NCBI GenBank assembly: GCA_023133395.1 | Contig: JAGLWO010000424.1 | Coordinates: forward strand, 1 to 16,891 | Direction of reading: 5' to 3' | DNA from: Candidatus Cloacimonadota bacterium | Lineage (GTDB): Bacteria; Cloacimonadota; Cloacimonadia; Cloacimonadales; TCS61 | Length of the DNA: 16,891 nucleotides | Shown here: piece by piece, positions 7,352-15,900 of the stretch | Position numbering within the stretch: the first letter of the stretch is position 1 | Layout: every line of letters begins with the position of its first letter | Program-made: the position numbers and the translations under genes | The notes under the pieces: model-generated | The model's input: only the letters and a program-made list of their open reading frames with translations | What the model was told of the DNA's origin: nothing | Database searches by the model: none

Positions 7352-7407
7352 AAAAGTCTTTTTTAACAAATAGTAGTTTTCATAATTCTAACAAAAATAT
7401 TAATTAT

Positions 7408-7436
7408 TTGACAAAAATTGGATAACTTTCATACAT
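7408..7436 (+). promoter_or_regulatory. candidate sigma70-type promoter for the exported-protein gene run
   Basis: A perfect TTGACA (7408-7413) is followed, after a 17-nt spacer, by ATACAT (7431-7436; 3/6 to TATAAT). It sits in the 144-nt AT-rich intergenic gap, ~60 nt upstream of ATG 7496. The -10 element is weak and the promoter rules of this lineage are unknown. Confidence 0.25.
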
Positions 7437-7495
7437 AGAACAATTATCAAAACACATTTGTCCTTATTTTGTTAAATGCAAAAGGGAGGAACTTT

Positions 7496-9793
7496 ATGAG
7501 AATTTTTCAAACATTTTGTACTATTGCTTTTCTTGTAATTCTGCTTATTTTGGGTTGTTCAAAAAATCATCCTGCATCGTATAATGGAAATACTAATGAT
7601 TTAATAACAATCTCCTTTACTGATGAAAAGGTTATTAATGAAAATAATATGCAGGAATATACATATACACAAGGAATTACATGGAAAGCACTAATTGAAG
7701 ATGAACCATTATTTGCTTATCGAATAACAACTTCAGATGGTGAATTACCTGAAGGTTTTAGCATTGATCCAGATGGTTGGGTTTATCAAAATGAACCTGA
7801 AGAAGAAAGCACGATCTGGACAGACGAAACAGAGTTAGAAATTAGTTTCAATTCCATAAATGGAGTATTAAAGCATATCATAACAGAATTTGAAGTGAAA
7901 TTTCTACTTGATACTCAGGAAAGTGAGATTGTATCTGCAAGCTTCTTTGATTTTAGAGAGATTGGAACAGTTCTTACTACCACCGGAGGAGATTGTAACG
8001 GACACACTACAGGAACAGGACTAACATTTCTAATTAGTGAAAAAATCCTGGATATTTTTGTAGATGGACTATATGCAGATCACTTTATGTATAGATTGAA
8101 TATTATCAGTGAAATAGACAGCACATTAATCAGCGAGGGAGAATGGTTTAATACAATAAACTGTGAAGATATCAGAAGAGTAGAATTAAATGGTTATACA
8201 ACTCCTCCACTTGTTCCGAATGAAGATGGTGAACTTACACAATTTGAAACTTACATTGTAACCAGAAGTGGTTTTGCAGATGAAGATAATCCTGCAATAG
8301 CCAATTTTAAGGTTCAGGAAGGATTTTATCCTAATACTGTGATATACAACGGGTTAGAACAAAATGGAGTGAATACTGGTAATGATACTTGGGCACTCGG
8401 GGAAAACCATTTTATAACATATATTGAACCTTGTTTAAGTATAATGCTTCCTTATGTTGTTACAGAGGAAGGATATCATTTTGCTACTGCTTTCTGGATA
8501 GATAAAAATGGAGATTATGTTCTGATAGGAAGTGAAGATCTCCAAATTTATCTACATTTGGGCTGGGTAGGTGAATATGCATACAATAATCCTTTTCACG
8601 ATGTAATAAATTATGTTATTGATGAATTAACAGGACAACCATATTTCTCAGAAATAATATATTTCGATCTAAGATTGGATGGAGAATCTTTTGAATATTC
8701 TTCTCTTCCTGCAAGCGAATATAATATTACTGATAATAATGGAACTGAGTGGTTAAGAGTTCCTATCGAACATGAAATTGCACAGCACACAACATTAACT
8801 GGACTATCTTACGGGGAACATACATTTACTGCAAGAGCAGTTGACCTGCAACTTGCGGTTGATGAAACACCGGCTGAATTTACTTTCATGGTTTTTGAAC
8901 CTATACCATCAGATGAAAAAGAAGGAATTATAATACTTGATGATACACCAGACCATTCAATGTTTTCCCCCGAAGTACTTATCGATGAATTGTATCTTGA
9001 ATTTCTATCGGATTATTATGGACCAATAGAATGTCTGGATAGAAATGAATTACAAAATACTGTTTGGATACCTACATTGCATTTCTCAAAAGACGTTTTT
9101 TCTCCAACAGATATTCAATCATATGAACTGGTTATCTATCATTCAGATTCTCCTACGTTGGATAGTAAATTTGCACTTGAATACGATGTTATAAACATCT
9201 ACCTGAATCAAGGGGGTAACCTGGTTTTTAGTGGAGGAGTTAACTTGATGTTTGTTCAAAATGATTGCTGTAATTTTAATTTTCCACTTTTGGAAAAATA
9301 TTTTGGAATTCCTTTGTCCGATATAAATGCAATTGATATTGTCAGGTTTGAAGAATTTAATACACTGGTTCCACCATTTTTTCATTTACAATTCTTCGTA
9401 AAAGCTTTGGCTGAAGATGGATTTGTTGAAAACATAGATTTACAAATTCCAAGTTTTAATCCATTTGTTAATTTCCAACCAATACTACAAGATACAGTAA
9501 ATGCTTTAGGTCCTGTAGCGTTATTTGAAAACTATGATAGTGCAACAGAAGAAATATTTGGATTTGGCTGTAGACAGCCGGAAGCAGGTACCAGTTTTAC
9601 CCAATGGGATGATATAGATGATGAAGATCATTATCCCAGTGAAAACCAGTTTAACATCTATAATGGGAAATCGGTTGCACTTAGGAAAATAACAGAGAAA
9701 AATAAATGTTACATCTTCGGGTTTCCTCTTGCATATATGGAACCTGATGATGTACGAGCAATGTTGAACCAGATCATTGCAGAGATTGAATAA
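7496..9793 (+). CDS. large orphan lipoprotein (765 aa)
   Basis: ATG 7496 is preceded by a strong GGGAGG RBS. The track's TTG 7469 start adds 9 residues with no RBS. Lipobox LLILGC. An Ig-like segment lies around GEHTFTARAVD...AEFTFMVFEP. The C-terminal third (GIIILDDT...YELVIYHSD...YLNQGGNLVFSGG) has a flavodoxin/GldG-like alternation, but that assignment is low confidence. Confidence 0.85.
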   Translation: MRIFQTFCTIAFLVILLILGCSKNHPASYNGNTNDLITISFTDEKVINENNMQEYTYTQGITWKALIEDEPLFAYRITTSDGELPEGFSIDPDGWVYQNEPEEESTIWTDETELEISFNSINGVLKHIITEFEVKFLLDTQESEIVSASFFDFREIGTVLTTTGGDCNGHTTGTGLTFLISEKILDIFVDGLYADHFMYRLNIISEIDSTLISEGEWFNTINCEDIRRVELNGYTTPPLVPNEDGELTQFETYIVTRSGFADEDNPAIANFKVQEGFYPNTVIYNGLEQNGVNTGNDTWALGENHFITYIEPCLSIMLPYVVTEEGYHFATAFWIDKNGDYVLIGSEDLQIYLHLGWVGEYAYNNPFHDVINYVIDELTGQPYFSEIIYFDLRLDGESFEYSSLPASEYNITDNNGTEWLRVPIEHEIAQHTTLTGLSYGEHTFTARAVDLQLAVDETPAEFTFMVFEPIPSDEKEGIIILDDTPDHSMFSPEVLIDELYLEFLSDYYGPIECLDRNELQNTVWIPTLHFSKDVFSPTDIQSYELVIYHSDSPTLDSKFALEYDVINIYLNQGGNLVFSGGVNLMFVQNDCCNFNFPLLEKYFGIPLSDINAIDIVRFEEFNTLVPPFFHLQFFVKALAEDGFVENIDLQIPSFNPFVNFQPILQDTVNALGPVALFENYDSATEEIFGFGCRQPEAGTSFTQWDDIDDEDHYPSENQFNIYNGKSVALRKITEKNKCYIFGFPLAYMEPDDVRAMLNQIIAEIE

Positions 9794-9805
9794 TAGGGGG
9801 GAAAA

Positions 9806-12214
9806 ATGAAAAAAACAATATATTTAGTAGTTATTCTTATTTCGTTTACGTTTCTTTTTGCTTTATCAGATTATGAGTCTTTGTATTCGAGAATATTTGA
9901 TTCTTCTTCAATACATGATGCAGGTAATATCAGGTTAAGGGTAACTAATTACGGTTTACTTGGATCAGCTGATGTTAATTCATGGCCATCACTTGAATGG
10001 TCTATGAATTCTGGCATTGATTATTTATATCAGGGTTCTTTATGGGTAGGAGCCAAAAAGGTAAGAAGAACTGATGATGGAGAACAAATTTACTGGCAGC
10101 ATTGGCCTCCAGAAGATGAGGATGATACTACAACTGTTGTTACTCCATGGAGAGTTATAGATACACTGACAACTGTGGGATTCGATGGTGATAGAGATTT
10201 ATATGAGCTTTTACCAGCATACAATTATCATGAGATGATAACATTGGGTGATCAATATATGTGGTATAGCTATCATGATATTGTGCTTAAAAATATGGGG
10301 CAAAGATATAATTATGATGATGATGGTGATGGAAGTATTGATGAAGACCCTCTGGGTAGTCCTTTTAATATTAATGACCCTTCCTGGCTCTATTGCTTTA
10401 CTCTTCCCTTTGATGAGGATGAAGATGGTTTAATTGATGAAGATTGTGATTACCCTGGTTTTGAATCCTCAATTTCATACTTTTATGATTATAGCCCTTT
10501 TGGAACTGAGGGACAACGTGATTGGGGAAATTCTTCTTCTTCAAATAATCACATAGAAATGGAGATAGCTGTAACACAGGAAGTCTATACCTGGCCTGTT
10601 CAATATTATGCTGATATGATTATAATAAAAAATACAGTGTATAATTATTCAACCATCGATACTCTTTTTGATGTTTGTTATGCATATCTAATGGATTGTG
10701 ATATTGGTCCTCAGTGCTGGAGTCCAGATGATAGGTCATTAGATGATATAAGCAGTTATGTCCCTGGCGAAGGTTATGAGTTTGGTTATTCTTATGATGA
10801 AGATGGAGATAACGGTCTTTCTCCAGGGTTATTAGGATTTAAGGTTTTTAATCCAACAGATTATAATATGGACTGCTGGCTGTGGCAATTAGGAGATGGT
10901 CCGGATGATCATGATCCCTTTGATGTGACAGCCATGCCTACAGCAAATGAGAAATACTGGCTTATGACAGGAAGAAACCCTGATGATAGTAAATATACAT
11001 CATTAAGGGAATATCCCTCTGCTCAAATTGGTGATCCTTTCGATACAAGATTTTTATATTCAATTTATGGTAATCAACTTGGTTCAATATCACCAACAGA
11101 AAATTCAATTAATATTAATCCCGGAGAGTCACTGGAGTTGTATAGTATTATCATTATGGATACAGATGTGGAAGGGTTACAGGATAAGTTTATCATGGCT
11201 TTGGAACTTATTGATTCCGGGTTTGATTATTCCCTGTTTGATGGTTTACCCAGTATTCCATATTTAGTGGAAGTTCAGGATGCTTTTTTTATAGCAGGTG
11301 CAAAAGTTAGGTGGAATGTTCTCTCTGCTCCCGATGAATTCATGGTATATTATAAAGAAGCTGATGCACCTGCATATACTTGGGAATTTATTGTTGTAGA
11401 TCATGCTCTATCGGAATATACTATAACTGATTTACAACCTGAAACAGAGTATAAATTCAAAGTAGCTTGTATTTATGATGAAGTATACCTGGAAAGCAGA
11501 ACATTAACTGTTCTTATAACTGAGGAAAATCAATCTATCTGGCCCGGTGATACTGATAATAATGGATATGTTAATGAAGATGATATTATTCCTATCGGTG
11601 TATATTGGAGAGATGAAGGAAATGCCCGGGATCAGGTTTCTTTCAACTGGGCAGAAAATGATTATCCAACAGGTTGGGATGAACCATATGCACCTTTTGC
11701 AGACTGTAACGGAGATGGGAAAGTTAATATTACTGATGTTTTAGGAATTTGTTTGAACTGGAATTACTCACGTTCTACTGTAATGAGTTTCCCTGCAATT
11801 AACTGGATAGATCTGGAAGAATATCGTGAAAGCTTTATTGAGATTTACAATTCACTCGGTAGTAGTGGGGTTGAACTTCTTTTAAAAAATCGCATAGCAC
11901 AACAATTTGATCTACCAATAATTGAAATTGTTGGAAATAGCAGACTTTCACAGAATTATCCCAATCCCTTCAATCCATCTACCATTATTTCATACAGCAC
12001 GACAGATGAGGGGAATGTAGAACTGAACGTTTATAACATCAAAGGTCAGCTTGTTAAAAAATTGGTGAATGAACATCAGCTTACTGGAAATTACACAGTT
12101 ATATGGGATGGCACAGATTTAAATGAACGAAAAGTAAGTAGCGGATTGTACTTTTACAGATTGAAAGTTAATGATAAAATGATTGATACAAAGAAGATGA
12201 TACTTCTTCGTTAA
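9806..12214 (+). CDS. secreted multidomain T9SS cargo protein: uncharacterised Asp-rich N-terminal region, FN3, dockerin-like module, T9SS C-terminal sorting domain
   Basis: Signal peptide MKKTIYLVVILISFTFLFA. Two Ca-loop-like motifs: DDDGDGSIDEDP (~10315-10350) and DEDEDGLIDEDCD (~10422-10450). FN3-like region at aa ~497-558 (VRWNVL...YTITDLQPETEYKFKV). Dockerin-like pair GDTDNNGYVNEDDIIPI / DCNGDGKVNITDVLGI (nt ~11541-11765). CTD NYPNPFNPSTIISY...SSGLYFYRLKV...KKMILLR (nt ~11954-12211). Confidence 0.9.
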   Translation: MKKTIYLVVILISFTFLFALSDYESLYSRIFDSSSIHDAGNIRLRVTNYGLLGSADVNSWPSLEWSMNSGIDYLYQGSLWVGAKKVRRTDDGEQIYWQHWPPEDEDDTTTVVTPWRVIDTLTTVGFDGDRDLYELLPAYNYHEMITLGDQYMWYSYHDIVLKNMGQRYNYDDDGDGSIDEDPLGSPFNINDPSWLYCFTLPFDEDEDGLIDEDCDYPGFESSISYFYDYSPFGTEGQRDWGNSSSSNNHIEMEIAVTQEVYTWPVQYYADMIIIKNTVYNYSTIDTLFDVCYAYLMDCDIGPQCWSPDDRSLDDISSYVPGEGYEFGYSYDEDGDNGLSPGLLGFKVFNPTDYNMDCWLWQLGDGPDDHDPFDVTAMPTANEKYWLMTGRNPDDSKYTSLREYPSAQIGDPFDTRFLYSIYGNQLGSISPTENSININPGESLELYSIIIMDTDVEGLQDKFIMALELIDSGFDYSLFDGLPSIPYLVEVQDAFFIAGAKVRWNVLSAPDEFMVYYKEADAPAYTWEFIVVDHALSEYTITDLQPETEYKFKVACIYDEVYLESRTLTVLITEENQSIWPGDTDNNGYVNEDDIIPIGVYWRDEGNARDQVSFNWAENDYPTGWDEPYAPFADCNGDGKVNITDVLGICLNWNYSRSTVMSFPAINWIDLEEYRESFIEIYNSLGSSGVELLLKNRIAQQFDLPIIEIVGNSRLSQNYPNPFNPSTIISYSTTDEGNVELNVYNIKGQLVKKLVNEHQLTGNYTVIWDGTDLNERKVSSGLYFYRLKVNDKMIDTKKMILLR

Positions 12215-12227
12215 CCCGTCTTCTGCA

Positions 12228-12247
12228 GTCCCGAAAGCATTCGGGAC
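12228..12247 (+). terminator. GC-rich stem-loop 14 nt after the stop codon; possible terminator or REP-like hairpin
   Basis: GTCCCGAA-AGCA-TTCGGGAC forms a perfect 8-bp stem with a tetraloop. No downstream U-tract follows (GAAGGGTGG), so it is not a canonical intrinsic terminator. Confidence 0.35.
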
Positions 12248-12298
12248 GAAGGGTGGAAACTATGAAGCATAAATATTGTTGAAATAGAGGAGCCATAG

Positions 12299-12802
12299 AT
12301 GAAACGATTAGCTATATTGATTTTAATCTTTCCAATATTAATTTTCTCCTGTTCAAAAAGCAGTACAGGACCTGAAACGAATTTAATCCTTTCAATAACT
12401 CCTTCCGAGCAAACTGTTGGAATAAATATAGAGGTTACTTTTTCAGTCGATATTGAAAATGTTACAGATCTTTTTGCTTTTTCATGTGAAATAGTTTTCG
12501 ACAGTACAAAAGTAACTTTACCTGAGAATCCAGTAATTGTCGGTTCTTTCTGGTCAGCAGATTACATATCAACAAGTGTGAATGATGATGACAGGCTGAA
12601 TGTCGCAATCGGTTTGGAACAAACTTCCGGGGATGATGGGCTTGATGGTGATGGTGTTTTATTTAACTTCAAAGTAAAAGGAATTCAAATCGGTGAAAGT
12701 GACTTAACATTCGAGAATTTGTCACTGATTAATGAAGAAGGTAATCCTGTTGATGGATTTGATGATATCACAATAAATAATGGAACCCTTATTATACAGT
12801 AA
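12299..12802 (+). CDS. small lipoprotein with a cohesin-like domain (167 aa)
   Basis: GAGGAG RBS. Lipobox ILIFSC. The single beta-rich domain has a cohesin-like pattern: ILSITPSEQTVGINIEVTFSVDIENVTDLFAFSCEIVFDSTKVTL ... GDGVLFNFKVKGIQIGESDLTFENLSLINEEGNPV ... NNGTLII. Confidence 0.7.
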   Translation: MKRLAILILIFPILIFSCSKSSTGPETNLILSITPSEQTVGINIEVTFSVDIENVTDLFAFSCEIVFDSTKVTLPENPVIVGSFWSADYISTSVNDDDRLNVAIGLEQTSGDDGLDGDGVLFNFKVKGIQIGESDLTFENLSLINEEGNPVDGFDDITINNGTLIIQ

Positions 12803-12933
12803 ATATTAAATATTTAGTTATTGCTACAAAGTTTTTCTTGGGAATACCGAAAATTCTATTTACTAAATTTCTTTCTTCATCACTTTTGGCTCGAAAGTTG
12901 CATCTGTTAGATAGAAAAACTCTGGAGAGAAAA

Positions 12934-15900
12934 ATGAGGAAAATAATAATTATTGTAATTTTAATTATTTCGATAAACTTAAACGCAGAAATAATCGAGA
13001 AAACATTCTTTTTTGATAAATATGAAATTTCTGAAATAAACGAATATCAAATTATTAACTTTAATAACACACTTCCAACCGGTAAAATCGGTGAACCTGT
13101 TCTTCCTTACCATTCTGTTTCATTAATGCTTCCACCCGGTGAGATTGCGGAATCTATTGAAATAATCGGTGAAAATGAAAAGCAGATACCCGGTAATTTC
13201 CAATTGTATCCACAGCAGCATTCCAGACCCATCTCTAAAGGTAATTCCGGGGAATTCCAAAAAAATGAAAAAATCTATGCTTCAGAAGAACAATATCCTG
13301 CCAGACTTTCCGGAGAATTGACAACTCAATATTCGAATGGTTACGCATTTGGGCTTTCAACCTTCACACCACTGATGTATATTCCTTCCAGAGGAAGAGT
13401 TTCCTATTTCCAGAAAGTAACTGTAAAAATAACGACTAATCCTGATTCAAGATCATCGAAAGCTATGGAGAATTTACGTTCTTCAAACGAGGTTCTGAAT
13501 CGGGTTTCAAACTTTGCTCAAAACCCCGAAATGATATCCAGATATCCTTTTCCAACAAACAGGGACGATGAATACCAGCTTCTGATTATTACTCCTTCCC
13601 AATTTGAAAACGACTTTCAGGATTTGATCGAGCTATATCTTATCAGGGGGATCTTAACTGAAATTACCACAACGGAATTCATAAATTCTTCTATGCCCGG
13701 ACAGGACCTGCAGGAAAAAATTCGTAATTACATTATTCAGGAATACCAGGATAACGGCATTGAACAGGTCTTACTAGCTGGAGATGTGGAGCATGTTCCG
13801 TATCGTGGTTTTTATTGTTATGTAGATTCGGGAGGTGGTTATGAAGATGATGATATACCTGCGGATCTGTATTATTCAGCTTTAGATGGTACCTGGAACG
13901 ATGATGGAGATAACCTCTGGGGTGAAATTGATGAAGATGACCTTCTACCTGAAATATCTGTTGGCAGGATGTCTTTCAGCAATCTTTCCGAATTAAATAT
14001 TATGTTCAATAAAACAATATCTTATCAGAATACTCCCGTTCTTGGTGAATTGCAGAAACTGCTTTTGGCAGGTGAACATATGTATAGTAATCCGCTTACA
14101 TGGGGTGGTGATTTTTTAGATCTTCTTATAGGTTTTCATGACGATAATGGGTATACTACAAATGGAATACCTGTAGACCACGATTATGAAACAATGTACG
14201 ATCGCGATCTGGGCTCCTGGTCAGCTACACAATTGATCAACAAAATTAATGAAGGAAAAGCTTTTATTCATCATGCCGGACATGCCAGTACGAATTATTG
14301 TATGCGAATGAATACCTCCGATATTACTAATACAAATTTCTCATTGGTCAATGGAGTTGACCATAATTTTACGCATGTTTACACCCACGGGTGTCTGTCC
14401 GGTGCATTCGATTCAGATGACTGCATTGCAGAGTACATGGTCAAAATTGATAATTTTGCTGCAGCTTTTGTAGGAAATTCTCGTTATGGATGGTTCAACG
14501 AAGGACAAACAGAAGGACCATCTTTACACCTGCACAGGGAATTTGTGGATGCTTTATACAGCGATAAAACGTGTTGGATAGGTTCTGCTCATCTGGAATC
14601 TAAGATAGATACATCTCCCTGGGTTACAGCACCAGGACAATGGGAAGAAGGTGCTTTGCGCTGGTGTTTCTATGGTTGTAATGTGCTGGGAGATCCTGCA
14701 CTTTCCATCTGGACTGATGAACCCATTGAAATAGATGTAACCCATAACTCTGTAATTTTCTTGGGAACATCAACATATTCCGTACATGTAGAAAGTGGAG
14801 GAATTCCGGTTGAAGATATGCAATGTACATTAATGCAAGATGGAGAGCTGATCGGAACTGAAACAACAAACACTTCAGGAAATGCGGAAATAATGTTTGA
14901 TGCTGTCTCTGTTGTACCAGGTGAAGCCAATCTGATCATCAGCGGTTATAATCGACCACCGATTATTTATCCTGTTCAGGTTATTCCTCCAGGTTATTGT
15001 GTTATTGTAGAGAGTTATTCCATTTTTTCTGGGAATGATGATGTTCTGGAATTTGGTGAAAATGCACTTTTATCTATGAATTTGGAGGTTTTTGGTATTG
15101 GAGGAGTACATAATGTCATTGTAAACATTTCTACTGAAGACAATTATATAACTATTAATGATAGTACCGAATACGTTGATTTTATTGCTCTTGGGAGTAT
15201 TGTAGAAATTAATGACGCTTTTGATTTTGACGTAAGCAATAATGTTCCGGATGAACATTCAATCGATTTCCTTGTATTAATAACTTGTGATGAAGGAGGT
15301 TGGCAATCCGGATTGAGTTTTACAGCATATGCGCCGGTTATATCTCTGGGAAATGTGGTCGTGCAGGATGGTGAGAATGGTGTTCTGGATCCGGGAGAAG
15401 AAGCTGAACTTGTTATCGAGCTTAATAATGCGGGTGGGGCAGATGCATACAATTTAATTCCCAGCGTATTATCAACCGATCCGTACATTTCTATCACAAT
15501 AATACCCCTGGTAATTGATTCTTTAAATGCAAATTCAAGTGGAAGCTACGCAATTTGTAGTGTAGTTGTTTCGGAAGAAGCTCCTCTCGGGCATGTAATA
15601 GATTTTGATTTTGAATTGAGTGCAGATAACGATTACTTTGTCACCGATAGCTTTTCTCTGGTCGTTGGACTTTGCATCGAAGATTTTGAAACTGGAGATT
15701 TTTCCAGTTATAACTGGGAATTTACCGGTAATGCAGATTGGATAATCGATATTAATTCCTATGAAGGTGCTTACTGTGCAAAATCCGGATCCATCACTCA
15801 CAATCAGGAAACCTGGTTGATCCTGGAAGCTGATATCCTGTGTGATGATGAGATAAGCTTCTGGCGAAAAGTGTCCTGTGAAGATGTTGGCAGCGTCACA

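Noticed and set aside
7349-7368. Possible terminator after the antiporter gene (AAAAG-T-CTTTTTT).
   Set aside because: The stem is only 5 AT-rich base pairs with a 1-nt loop, which is sterically implausible and thermodynamically negligible.
7469-7495. N-terminal extensions in the ORF track: TTG 7469 for the lipoprotein, 12838 for the C25 protease and TTG 6365 for the antiporter.
   Set aside because: Downstream ATGs (7496, 12934, 6377) are preceded by good RBS-like purine runs (GGGAGG, GGAGAG, GGGA). They place the signal peptide or lipobox at the true N-terminus. The extensions would bury the signal peptides.
10248-11744. Short + strand alternate-frame ORFs (10248-10433, 11028-11267, 11547-11744) with Met-rich translations.
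   Set aside because: These are frame-shifted readings of the GAT/GAA-rich (Asp/Glu) coding sequence of the 802-aa gene. The MMMM/ILM-rich peptides are artefacts of ATG appearing in the shifted frame.
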